This document shows, one piece after another, positions 28,466 to 37,094 of a stretch of 64,000 nt of DNA. The first letter of the stretch is position 1. Every line of letters starts with the position of its first letter. Source of the stretch: a virus (Duplodnaviria > Caudoviricetes); the IMG/VR virus record IMGVR_UViG_3300028833_000061, positions 1-64,000 of that record; one strand, given 5' to 3'. Below the pieces are notes generated by a model. It ran no database searches. It saw only the letters and a program-made list of their open reading frames with translations, and was not told the origin of the DNA. The translations under genes and the position numbers were made by a program.

Positions 28466-28675
28466 CTAGGAATTGGGATGGCGATCAGCCGTAAAGCTGA
28501 TGTTGTCCCGAACCCAGATTGCGATCTCGAGAGCGGCATTGCCTGCCTCGATATCGGTAGAGCTGGGCTTGATCTTTCCAAGCATCTTGTTGAGGTGTTC
28601 GGCGACACCGGGGAGAACCCCGATATCTATCCGATCAACACCCTTGATAGTCGTGTTGTTGACCGTGACTTTCAT
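28466..28675 (-). CDS. Small hypothetical protein
   Basis: MKVTVNN..., GAAAGG upstream. Confidence 0.55.
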   Translation of the reverse strand: MKVTVNNTTIKGVDRIDIGVLPGVAEHLNKMLGKIKPSSTDIEAGNAALEIAIWVRDNISFTADRHPNS

Positions 28676-28689
28676 GTTTGTTTTTCCTT

Positions 28690-28870
28690 TCGTGTGGCAA
28701 GAGAAGCGCCAAAGTCCGCCCCACACTGGCAGGACCAAGGCGCAAAGGAAAAGCCTTCCGACGGTGGACAGACGGTGGATGAACGACTTTTAAACCGCCG
28801 GAAGGCAAGAGGCGCATTCTGCGAGCACAAGGAGATTTTTGTGCAACCCTCCGGTTGCTCGCAGAATGCA
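28690..28870 (-). ncRNA. Structured RNA / 5' leader, family unassigned
   Basis: 14-bp GCATTCTGCGAGCA stem, 13-bp GCCTTCCGGCGGT stem, possible GTGTGG/CCACAC pseudoknot. Confidence 0.5.
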
Positions 28871-28984
28871 AAAGAAGTCTCGGTTTGCCCGGCGACTAGT
28901 ACCCTGCCGCACCAGGACCGACCGTTGTCATTGGCCCTTTCGGGCTCGACCGTCGGAAGTACATTGCAAACAGAGACAAGAGGA

Positions 28985-29105
28985 AGGACCGCATGCAGCG
29001 CTCTTCCACTGAGCTACCCCGGCCTGCCGCGCCACGAAAGGAACGAAGCAACGCGGTATGTCGCCGGGTGCTGGATTCGAACCAGCGTCCTCTGCATACG
29101 GTCCT
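28985..29105 (-). ncRNA. Circularly permuted tRNA-like RNA (YrlA/Y-RNA-like)
   Basis: T-arm precedes D-arm, acceptor stem closed by a loop, 14-bp terminal helix replaces the anticodon arm. Confidence 0.7.
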
Positions 29106-29171
29106 GAAAGTATAACACATCAACGGAACAGGAAGTATAACAACGCAACAACTAACCACCATACCAGAGGG

Positions 29172-29386
29172 TGGAGGATGAGAGAGCATTGGCTTGCCGG
29201 ACCCACTGCACATATCTGGCATTTGAGCTTTACTTTTGTGTGGCAGCCTTCCCTCATCGCGTCGCACAAAACCAGGTCAGGAGCTGAAAGCGAGCCCCGT
29301 TCCACTTACTTGCACGACGCGTTTTTGAACCATCGGAAGGCTCGTGGCGTCTCTCATGTTTACCCTGTGATCGGCAGGGTCCTCCA
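29172..29386 (-). ncRNA. Structured RNA downstream of tRNA-fMet, family unassigned
   Basis: Nested stems GGAGG/CCTCC, ATGAGAGA/TCTCTCAT, AGCCTTCC/GGAAGGCT, CGCGTCGTGCAA/TTGTGCGACGCG. Confidence 0.55.
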
Positions 29387-29390
29387 TAAA

Positions 29391-29465
29391 TGGTAGCGGG
29401 TGCAAGAATCGAACTTGCGACGGACGGGTTATGAACCCGGTGTTCTACCACTGAACTAACCCGCA
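29391..29465 (-). tRNA. tRNA-fMet(CAT), initiator type
   Basis: Cloverleaf, 1:72 mismatch, GGG/CCC anticodon stem, CCA. Confidence 0.85.
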
Positions 29466-29471
29466 GTGAAA

Positions 29472-29546
29472 TGGTGCAGAGGGATGGAGTCGAACCACCG
29501 ACACAGGGATTTTCAGTCCCCTGCTCTACCACTGAGCTACCTCTGC
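29472..29546 (-). tRNA. tRNA-Phe(GAA)
   Basis: Cloverleaf with CCA. Confidence 0.95.
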
Positions 29547-29549
29547 GAA

Positions 29550-29626
29550 TGGTGGGCACTGCTGGACTTGAACCAGCGACACCCGGATTATGAGTCCGGC
29601 GTTCTGACCGACTGAACTAAGTGCCC
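29550..29626 (-). tRNA. tRNA-Ile2/Met(CAT)
   Basis: Cloverleaf, CAT anticodon, GGGC acceptor; Ile2 versus elongator Met not resolved. Confidence 0.9.
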
Positions 29627-29630
29627 AATA

Positions 29631-29740
29631 ACAAGCTTCCTCTAATCCTACCCAGTGGAGCCAGCGCGTCAGTAGGACCGACATTTTAACAGCCTTAAGA
29701 ACTTAGGCTGTACGCACTGACAAGGAGAGGAAGTTTTTGT
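29631..29740 (-). ncRNA. Structured RNA upstream of tRNA trio, family unassigned
   Basis: CTTCCTCT/AGAGGAAG closing stem with two internal hairpins. Confidence 0.4.
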
Positions 29741-30005
29741 TTCAAAGATCAAAGACCACGGATCGCTCGGGCTTGCACTTGCGTGCAAGAAGCTGTATTT
29801 CCAGTACGATCTGCCTAGTACATTCTTTCCCGCGTGGTCGTGAAGATGGGCCCCCATTATTCATGAGGGCAGGCCGTTTGTCAACGGCCGTTCTTCTTGT
29901 CGGATTTGGACGCCGAGATGAACTGCGGCACCCAGATGATCAAGAAGATCGCGACAAGAGCAAGGATCGCTCTGTCGTCGAGCTGTCCAAGAGAGGCCAG
30001 CATAC

Positions 30006-30407
30006 TTAGGCCTTCTTGTGGTGGTTCTGATGATAACGATTGGAATTGTCGACCATGAGGTCGTACACGACGACCTTGTCGACTCGGCTCTCCTTGACGA
30101 AGAATCCGCCCGTGCCAGCCCATTCCTGGAAAGCCGGCAGGTCGTTCTTCCCGAGCTTGAGATAACGCCCGGACTGGACCTTGGTCTGCTCGGTGAGTCC
30201 GAGGCGAGTGCAGAGCTCCTGCATCACCTCGTTCGTCGAGCAGTTGCGAACGATGAGGCTGTCGTCGTCGTTGACCTCAGACAACTTCACCTCGGTAGGC
30301 TTCTTCTCACGCGGAGAGTACCTGGGCTTTTCGTTGCGCTCGTTGTTCTTCTGATTCTTTTCAGCGGCTTCAAGATTACCGCGGACTTTGTCTAGCAGGC
30401 TGGACAT
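30006..30407 (-). CDS. Hypothetical protein
   Basis: MSSLLDKV..., high GC3. Confidence 0.65.
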   Translation of the reverse strand: MSSLLDKVRGNLEAAEKNQKNNERNEKPRYSPREKKPTEVKLSEVNDDDSLIVRNCSTNEVMQELCTRLGLTEQTKVQSGRYLKLGKNDLPAFQEWAGTGGFFVKESRVDKVVVYDLMVDNSNRYHQNHHKKA

Positions 30408-30444
30408 TGTTCGGTCCTTTTCTGTTTGGGTGTTTGGTTTGTGG

Positions 30445-30723
30445 TTAGTTGTCTTCTTCCCTAGGGCCGAGAAACTCGGCGAGGGAGAGGAGTGCCTTAT
30501 CGAGAGATTCGGCATCCTCCATACTCTCGACTACGCGTCTCGCAACTTCTTCGAGCTCGATGAACGCCTGTTCGGTGTCCACGCGGAGCTTTTGTTCCTT
30601 TGCGAGAGCCTCGTCGGCTTTCTTCAACAGCGCGAGATTCTCTCTCGCATCATCATCAATAACCTGCTGTACGGCCGTTGAAATCGTAAACAGCAGTTTG
30701 TTCATGGTCGATGTCTTGGCCAT
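30445..30723 (-). CDS. Coiled-coil hypothetical protein
   Basis: MAKTST..., AAAGGA upstream. Confidence 0.6.
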   Translation of the reverse strand: MAKTSTMNKLLFTISTAVQQVIDDDARENLALLKKADEALAKEQKLRVDTEQAFIELEEVARRVVESMEDAESLDKALLSLAEFLGPREEDN

Positions 30724-31048
30724 GGTGTGGTTTCCTTTCCGTGTCCTAGTAGCGGGTTGGACACGTAAGGTTGGAGAGGACTCCCCCGTCGAGGCCGCTA
30801 CACCCGACGGGGGAGTCTTTCGATTACTGTGGGCGAGGGCGCCTGTGTGCGGCGTCCAAGTCAACAGGCGCCGGGAGCGGCGCAGTGTTTGCTACGCTCC
30901 CAACGATGATCCTTCTACCGTCTGGATTCATTAGCTCCTCCAGCTCTAAGGGTCCTTCGGTTTCCGGCGAAATTAAAATACAGCGAAGTGGAACCGGTAT
31001 ACCACTCCGCTTCAAATTATTATCACACAAAAGAGCGAAAAATTAAGT

Positions 31049-31078
31049 AAAAGAGAACCCGGCGTTAACCGGGTTCTC
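31049..31078 (-). terminator. Rho-independent terminator
   Basis: GAGAACCCGG/CCGGGTTCTC stem plus T-run. Confidence 0.8.
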
Positions 31079-31082
31079 ACTG

Positions 31083-31364
31083 TCACTTCAGTTCGTTTGT
31101 AACATCAGGAAGCTTTAGTCTCTTGCTCTTGTCGTCCCAGCTGCAGTCCAGCTTCTTCAGTAGCTCTTCGTACTCTTCCTGTGGAATGAAGTATCTTACT
31201 GTGTCCATCCTGTTGCTTGCTTCGACTATACTTTTTCTGAATCTCTGTAGCAGTCTCTTGTAGAAGTCTCCGTCCTTGTTGGTCCCCTGCATGAGCTTGA
31301 GCATGAGGGCCGACTGGCTCACAAGCTTCTTCAAGGTAGATTCCAGCTCATCCGGCAGAGGCAT
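31083..31364 (-). CDS. Hypothetical protein
   Basis: GGAGG RBS. Confidence 0.6.
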   Translation of the reverse strand: MPLPDELESTLKKLVSQSALMLKLMQGTNKDGDFYKRLLQRFRKSIVEASNRMDTVRYFIPQEEYEELLKKLDCSWDDKSKRLKLPDVTNELK

Positions 31365-31365
31365 G

Positions 31366-31635
31366 CTAACCTCCGTTGTTCTTCTTGATCAGTCGCTCCA
31401 ATAGCTTCGACCTCTTCCTAGGCGGATCATATGCAACCTCGACAACCATGGGCTGGTAAGCTGTATCGCATATGTGCTCTATAGGACATCCGTCGCAGTT
31501 AGGCTCATCGCCTTCCACGTCCTGCACATCCCAGTCAGGAGGATCCTCGACGTCGTCCGCTATCATGCAGCCTGAATGGGCTGGCGGATCTGCCGAAAGC
31601 ATCGACAGGAAGAACATGTCGGTTAGTTTGCCCAT
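31366..31635 (-). CDS. Hypothetical acidic Cys-containing protein
   Basis: ORF in gene run. Confidence 0.5.
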   Translation of the reverse strand: MGKLTDMFFLSMLSADPPAHSGCMIADDVEDPPDWDVQDVEGDEPNCDGCPIEHICDTAYQPMVVEVAYDPPRKRSKLLERLIKKNNGG

Positions 31636-32027
31636 GTCTTTTCCTCCGGCTTCTCGATCATGCGGCGCTCGTAGGGAGTCAGCTCGACGTTGTACTGCGA
31701 CTTGAACGCGACATCCAGGCCGTAGTCGTCATTGGCGACATTCCTGAAGTTTACGGCGTCGGCTCTGATAAGCCCGTTGCGCTTGAACGGCTCCATGACA
31801 GGCATCGAGCTCTTCCACGTTCCCATTGCACGACGGCATCGTCCTAGCGCAACCGCGCGTCCCTTCTTCTTGTCGAACGCGTCCTTGCTGGAGCAGATTG
31901 CGATTCCTCGGCTCCACGTATACTTGTTATCGTCGAGTCCCTGAGCAAAGCAGACGGTACCGACGATATGGTTGTTTGCGTTCTTGTCGTGGATGTAGTA
32001 CACCCGAACGTTCTTGAGATTATCCAT
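31623..32027 (-). CDS. Hypothetical phage protein
   Basis: RGIAICS.KD.FDKKKGR.VALGR motif common in phage proteins. Confidence 0.65.
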   Translation of the reverse strand: MDNLKNVRVYYIHDKNANNHIVGTVCFAQGLDDNKYTWSRGIAICSSKDAFDKKKGRAVALGRCRRAMGTWKSSMPVMEPFKRNGLIRADAVNFRNVANDDYGLDVAFKSQYNVELTPYERRMIEKPEEKTWAN

Positions 32028-32030
32028 GAC

Positions 32031-32588
32031 CTACTCCTGAATGGTGACTGCGGTTACCTGGAGGCGGAACTCCTTGTGGATCTCATACACCACGATGTTG
32101 CATCCGTTCAGCGCGCGAATGTTGTCGTTGACGTACTTCTTCGTCTCCTCGATCGCCTCGTACTCCTCCGTGACCCAGCTGGGAAGCTGCTGCGTGCGCA
32201 GACAGACCTCCTCCTTGGAATCCCAGACGTCGAACGCCCAGCGCGACTTGTAGATGCGCTTGAACGAGCTTGCAGGAGCGGGCTTGACCTCGATGGTCTC
32301 CTTTTCGACCGGCTCGGCCTCGTCCATCGCAACCTCTTCCTGCGGACACGGATCAGGCTCGCCATAGTCCGGCTCCTGCCTCTTGGTCCTTCTGACACGA
32401 GGTGCTTTCTTTGGCTCCTCCTCGACTGGTGCTCCGTCAGGCATAGGCAGACCGTGCTTCTGGCAGTACTCTGGATCCTGCATAAGCTCGGCCTTGGTTC
32501 TGCGGTGGCGCTTCTTGGGCTTCTCGGTATTCTCTGGAGCCACCTGCTCTTCTGTTGTCTCTACGTCGTAGACTGATTTTGCTGACAT
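32031..32588 (-). CDS. Hypothetical protein
   Basis: 185-aa ORF. Confidence 0.65.
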   Translation of the reverse strand: MSAKSVYDVETTEEQVAPENTEKPKKRHRRTKAELMQDPEYCQKHGLPMPDGAPVEEEPKKAPRVRRTKRQEPDYGEPDPCPQEEVAMDEAEPVEKETIEVKPAPASSFKRIYKSRWAFDVWDSKEEVCLRTQQLPSWVTEEYEAIEETKKYVNDNIRALNGCNIVVYEIHKEFRLQVTAVTIQE

Positions 32589-33481
32589 GTTTGTTGATCG
32601 GTTGAGATTTTGGATTTTGCTTCTGCAGGCTTCTTTGCATAGACAGGATGGCCCGCGATCTTTATCGTAGTCACATCTTCCTCTGACTCAACCGAACCGT
32701 CAGACAACTCCAGCTTAGCGGCTTGCTTCGCGGCCTTCTCCCTCATGTGATAAATGTGCCGCTTGATCTTCTTCTCTTCCTTCTTATCCTGCAGTGCTTC
32801 CTCGTTCCACTTCCAGGCAGGATAGACCTGCGAATACCTGAAGCAAAGCAGCTCGAACTCCTTTGAGCTCAGATGCAGAGTGTTGGCTATGTCGCAGAAC
32901 GCCTCGATACGTGGAACAGCCTTGCCGAGCTCCCATCTGCTGATGCACGCCTGTGTCTTCTTGATCTTGATAGCAAGATCGTCCATGGATACGTTCTCGC
33001 GCTCCCTGAGTATACGCAGGAGGCTCCTGAACGGAAGACGATACAGCTCCGGCATCTTCTTGAACCCTGTCTCGACTGTAACGACGTGGACGGTTCCTTC
33101 GATGTCAGCATGGATAGGCGGATGCTCTAGCGACATGCCACCGAGTTCGTAGCCTGGCTCGTTTACGATATCGGCCATGCTGTTCATTGTAAGCTTGACG
33201 CGATCAGGAGTGACGCATTCGCGTGTGTTGATAGTTACTGGTGCGCTGGTAAGAGCCTTGTGCCTTCCAGCAACTCCCTTGTTCCAGTCGTGGTTGACGC
33301 CAACATACGTGCGGGCTCTCTTGCGTGCCGCAATCCTGCCTGACGGAGACGTAGGACGAACATAGGACGCCTGCTCTGCTGCTGCAAGCTTAAGGCACTT
33401 GCTGTAGCTCATGCGGCGGGCTGTTCTGGCTGTGAGGTTGCTCATGTCGTGTAACGTGTGGAACAGGGCGCAGTATTGCAT
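32561..33481 (-). CDS. XRE/Cro-C1 helix-turn-helix transcriptional regulator
   Basis: LRILRERENVSMDDLAIKIKKTQACISRWELGKAVP. Confidence 0.8.
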   Translation of the reverse strand: MQYCALFHTLHDMSNLTARTARRMSYSKCLKLAAAEQASYVRPTSPSGRIAARKRARTYVGVNHDWNKGVAGRHKALTSAPVTINTRECVTPDRVKLTMNSMADIVNEPGYELGGMSLEHPPIHADIEGTVHVVTVETGFKKMPELYRLPFRSLLRILRERENVSMDDLAIKIKKTQACISRWELGKAVPRIEAFCDIANTLHLSSKEFELLCFRYSQVYPAWKWNEEALQDKKEEKKIKRHIYHMREKAAKQAAKLELSDGSVESEEDVTTIKIAGHPVYAKKPAEAKSKISTDQQTCQQNQSTT

Positions 33482-33917
33482 AGCGCCCCTTGAATGTCAA
33501 ATGATTTTTTCATGGGCCCGATTCGGATTTGTCGTCTACTCTCTTGAACGCTGTTGCAGTGGGGGAGCTCGAGGGGCTTGCCCCTCGTGTTATACGATCC
33601 CCATCAGCGGTTAACGAAGTGGTCGCTGATGTGTCCTTCGTAAGAAGGCAGTGTAACCAGTGTATAATGGCAGTGACCACTACAACACTACAACCGTTGT
33701 TCTGTTGTACAGTTCAACACTATAACAGTTAGGATTTTCAGATGCTCGATCAGAAAATCGTCTTTTTAGTACCCTTTTCGCAGATTTTTGGAAACAAAAA
33801 GTAATGACTTCGACGTACAGACCAGTCAAAAACCTAGTGTTTTGAAGGGTGCATACCGTCGTACACACTACTTATTTTTTCCGTGCATATAACCGCTACA
33901 AGATCAACAGTTAAAGC

Positions 33918-33944
33918 AAAAGCCCCCGGTGTTACCCGGGGGCT
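33918..33944 (-). terminator. Rho-independent terminator
   Basis: AGCCCCCGG/CCGGGGGCT stem plus T-run. Confidence 0.8.
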
Positions 33945-33957
33945 CTGCTACAGAGAG

Positions 33958-35091
33958 CTAATCCTCTCCGTCAGGTGACGAGAAGTCATCCAGGCCTTGC
34001 AGCCTGAAGACTTCGCCAACGGTGATACCGCCAGCCTTAGGAGCCTCCTTGCGGATATCCCTTGGGACGAATCCTATTCTGCACCAGTAGTGCAGCGGCT
34101 TCTTCGGGTCTCCAAACGACAGGTTGCGCAGATCCTGGGCGTCGTTCACTGAGAATGCAGAGAACTCCTGGACTGCAACGCACACGTCGTCGACACGTCC
34201 TGAATCCAATGCAGTCTCGTACAGACACACATTGAGCTGCGGATTCTGCGTCTGGATGCGATTGATGGCCATTATAGATGGATCGACTCCTTCCACGTCA
34301 AACGGGACCGGCTCCCCTTTCTTTTCTCTTGAGATGTCGATAATAAGCGGAGCTATCATGGAGAACTTTTTAGGAGTGTCGCTCAGCTGCTCCATCTTGA
34401 TCGAATCCTTTATCATGGACTCCCAGGTGGAAGACCACACAAGGTCACGATCGGAGAGCCTCCACCTCTGTGCGGAGATCCACTTTAGTTGCTGGTGGCA
34501 GCGAGGACACTCGACATCCATATCTGTGAGATCCTTGAGCCCTTTGATGACAGTCTTCTCGTCGCCCTTATAAACCGCTACAGTGCGCTTCATATTCTTG
34601 CCGTTGATTTCCGTCTCGATTTCCTTGTTCACCGTGTTGGCGAACAGGACATCTTTGACGGTACGCACGATTGTGCCGCAACTCGGGCAGTTGCACCTCG
34701 CCGACGGTACGCTGACAAGACAAGGTCCACGAACCAAACTGACTCGCACTTTCCCTTCGAACTTGCTTTCCTTCGTCTTCTCGTCGTAGGTATAGCGCTC
34801 GAATTCGAGCTTTCTACGGGGACACGTAAGAACAACCTCATGGACGCTGTAGTCTTCGGTTTTGGAAGAGACGACGAGGTATCCTCTGATACCGGCTCCC
34901 TCGCTAGTCTCGACATGGAGCTTGCCCTTGGAATCTTTCGCCGACCGGATGTCGGTAAAGCCAAGATGACGAACTCCCTTATCTGCTGAATCGCTTCCTG
35001 GATACTTGCTATAAGGCATCACAAGGCAGCATGTAGCAGGCCCATGGTCCTGCAGGAACCCGCCAGGTTGGCGGTTCTTTTTGTTTTTCAT
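33958..35091 (-). CDS. Zn-ribbon-containing hypothetical protein
   Basis: CPSC...CPRC; own promoter motif and terminator. Confidence 0.7.
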   Translation of the reverse strand: MKNKKNRQPGGFLQDHGPATCCLVMPYSKYPGSDSADKGVRHLGFTDIRSAKDSKGKLHVETSEGAGIRGYLVVSSKTEDYSVHEVVLTCPRRKLEFERYTYDEKTKESKFEGKVRVSLVRGPCLVSVPSARCNCPSCGTIVRTVKDVLFANTVNKEIETEINGKNMKRTVAVYKGDEKTVIKGLKDLTDMDVECPRCHQQLKWISAQRWRLSDRDLVWSSTWESMIKDSIKMEQLSDTPKKFSMIAPLIIDISREKKGEPVPFDVEGVDPSIMAINRIQTQNPQLNVCLYETALDSGRVDDVCVAVQEFSAFSVNDAQDLRNLSFGDPKKPLHYWCRIGFVPRDIRKEAPKAGGITVGEVFRLQGLDDFSSPDGED

Positions 35092-35187
35092 TTTTGTTTG
35101 TTTTTGTTTGCACTCTCAGCCTAACCTAGAGAAAGCTGCCACGGCTAAGAAGGATGACAGCCCGGGAGAATGCTAGGTTACATCTCC

Positions 35188-35202
35188 CAATTAGTTATAA
35201 CG
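35188..35202 (-). promoter_or_regulatory. Phage promoter/operator motif CGTTATAACTAATTG
   Basis: Identical to 26747-26761. Confidence 0.7.
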
Positions 35203-35218
35203 CAATTAGTTTGTATAA

Positions 35219-35452
35219 TTACGGCATGACAAGCCTGCCGGGTCGTGTTCTTCCGTTATACTCGTAATAACAACCCGTGGCGGCGTGTCTTTCATTTTCG
35301 GTGTAAAGATATTCGATAGGATCCTCTTCGATACATTCGCTTGCAGGAAACTTGTAACCCTGGTTTCCTACAAGCGCCTCGTGCTTCATGTTCATCATCA
35401 GGCATAATTGATGACGCTGTGCGTAATAGTATATTCTTCCGGCCTCAATCAT
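35219..35452 (-). CDS. PxxxER array protein 33
   Basis: MIEAGRIYY...TENER. Confidence 0.65.
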   Translation of the reverse strand: MIEAGRIYYYAQRHQLCLMMNMKHEALVGNQGYKFPASECIEEDPIEYLYTENERHAATGCYYEYNGRTRPGRLVMP

Positions 35453-35672
35453 AGTAGAATGGCTCCATTTCGAAACCGCACCATCGCGTGTGGTTTCTTT
35501 CCTCCTCGAACGGTTTCCTGTTCAAGGTTCCAGTAAGCACAAACAGCCTGTCGTAGCTCGAGATCCATTTTGTACGCACTAGAAGAATGTTCGATGCACC
35601 GTAGCGCTCTGCGTTGTATTTGTATACTGCCTCTCGCAGCTTTGACATGTCGTCTCTAGATGACTTAATCAT
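35445..35672 (-). CDS. PxxxER array protein 32
   Basis: MIKSSR...KPFEEER. Confidence 0.7.
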   Translation of the reverse strand: MIKSSRDDMSKLREAVYKYNAERYGASNILLVRTKWISSYDRLFVLTGTLNRKPFEEERNHTRWCGFEMEPFYYD

Positions 35673-35898
35673 AGAACGGCTCCAGCGCGAATCCGTGTCC
35701 CTTTGTAAACATCCTTTCCTGTTCGAACGGTTTTCCGCTGAGAGAGTTGGACAGCACGTATGAGCGTCTGTTGCTGAACACGTAGCTGAACATCCACGCG
35801 GGATGTATCAGAACGTTTGCGCACCTATTTCTAGAAGCGGCGAATTTATAGAACGCCTCGCCCAATATCGAAAATTTCTGCCTTGACGCCACCATCAT
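35665..35898 (-). CDS. PxxxER array protein 31
   Basis: MMVASRQKF...KPFEQER. Confidence 0.7.
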   Translation of the reverse strand: MMVASRQKFSILGEAFYKFAASRNRCANVLIHPAWMFSYVFSNRRSYVLSNSLSGKPFEQERMFTKGHGFALEPFYD

Positions 35899-36137
35899 CT
35901 CGTCATATCTATGCCTGTGAACACGTATCTTGAACTTGCATCGAACCTGCGCTCGTTAGGGCACAGCATGCAGTTCTTGAGAACAGTCTTAGGACTGTAC
36001 GGACCATAGTGCGGAGGACTATAAGGAGAAGGATAGTACTTTCTTCCCATCCTAAGACCAGGATATGCCAGCTTTGTGATGCTGTCGTGGGCCGCTCGCA
36101 TCATCTCTAAGTAATGCCTTGCATCTATGTGTCTCAT
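35895..36137 (-). CDS. PxxxER array protein 30
   Basis: MRHIDARHY...CPNER. Confidence 0.65.
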   Translation of the reverse strand: MRHIDARHYLEMMRAAHDSITKLAYPGLRMGRKYYPSPYSPPHYGPYSPKTVLKNCMLCPNERRFDASSRYVFTGIDMTR

Positions 36138-36403
36138 CAGTAGAATTGTTTTGATCTTTTACTGCCTGGATACCAGGCACCGAGACCGCAGATCGAACAA
36201 CCGTTGATGTCGTTATCTCGTTCAGCTCTGAACGGATGTGTATTCCTTAGAACGCCTTCAGGGTCTATTGGGCCATGTATAGTATTACCGAACAATCCAA
36301 GACTAGTAGGCCCAAGATGAAGGTACGGCGATACGATCTTGTCCACCGCTATGTATGTAGATTCCAGTTTTTGTTCAACATACCATCGCGTAATCCATCT
36401 CAT
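36137..36403 (-). CDS. PxxxER array protein 29
   Basis: MRWITRWY...HPFRAER; AGGAGG RBS. Confidence 0.7.
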   Translation of the reverse strand: MRWITRWYVEQKLESTYIAVDKIVSPYLHLGPTSLGLFGNTIHGPIDPEGVLRNTHPFRAERDNDINGCSICGLGAWYPGSKRSKQFY

Positions 36404-36411
36404 ACAACCTC

Positions 36412-36609
36412 CTATCTTCCGTACGCCCATCCTGAGCTGTTCACACGTCTTTCGACGTTGAACGGATGGACTATCCTGTCCTTGTCGTTGCCTACCGTGT
36501 TCCGTCGTCTGATCTGACCGAACTTGAGCAGGAGTTCAGTGTTGTCCCGATATATCATTCCAAGCCACCTGAGCTCTCCTGCAAGGCACCATCTTTTGAT
36601 TCTGCTCAT
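36412..36609 (-). CDS. PxxxER array protein 28
   Basis: MSRIKRW...HPFNVER. Confidence 0.65.
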   Translation of the reverse strand: MSRIKRWCLAGELRWLGMIYRDNTELLLKFGQIRRRNTVGNDKDRIVHPFNVERRVNSSGWAYGR

Positions 36610-36839
36610 GAGAATATGCAGTCCATACTCTCTGCGCTGTATCTGTGCTTCACGTGCGGGAAATGAATATGGAAATTGAATATCTCTGCACGCTCGTCGT
36701 GCATAGGCCTGTAGTCAGGCCATGCTCCAGTGAGCGCGAATGGATTCATCAGAAACCAGTGCTTCAACTCATCTACGCCATACATTAGTGAGGCGTATTT
36801 AACGTGCAAGTAGTACTCGCTTCTGTATGCTCGTTTCAT
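36606..36839 (-). CDS. PxxxER array protein 27
   Basis: MKRAYRSEY...RPMHDER. Confidence 0.7.
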   Translation of the reverse strand: MKRAYRSEYYLHVKYASLMYGVDELKHWFLMNPFALTGAWPDYRPMHDERAEIFNFHIHFPHVKHRYSAESMDCIFS

Positions 36840-37084
36840 GCTAGTTGTATCGGCTTGTAGCGCTCTCCGGCGAAGAACCAGGTCTTGAGCTTGTCGTTCC
36901 AAGGATACTTGTAGATCCTCATGAACTGCTGGCGCTCCGTCTTCACCGGGTTGTGTATCGCTGCTGGCATGATTGGATACCTGCATCCGTCGAACTCCAA
37001 AAGCGTTTGTTCGCAGAAGGGTATGACTTCTATTCTAGTCAGCCTCTCCTGCTGGAACAGAAATCTCCTGGTTATACCAACCAT
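36836..37084 (-). CDS. PxxxER array protein 26
   Basis: MVGITRRF...NPVKTER. Confidence 0.7.
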   Translation of the reverse strand: MVGITRRFLFQQERLTRIEVIPFCEQTLLEFDGCRYPIMPAAIHNPVKTERQQFMRIYKYPWNDKLKTWFFAGERYKPIQLA

Positions 37085-37094
37085 CTGATTCCTT

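Noticed and set aside
28985-29105. Two-piece tmRNA or ordinary permuted tRNA
   Set aside because: It has a full D-stem, no G3:U70 pair, no CCA after the acceptor strand, no tag reading frame and no anticodon loop.
29254-29559. ORF-track calls overlapping tRNAs (also 54166-54405 and the N-terminal extensions at 46933, 47260, 49136, 54157, 56474)
   Set aside because: They are translations of tRNA genes.
33513-33660. tmRNA on the + strand (GGGCCCGATTCGGATTTGTCG resembles a tmRNA 5' end)
   Set aside because: No matching T-arm/acceptor 3' end or tag peptide found downstream.
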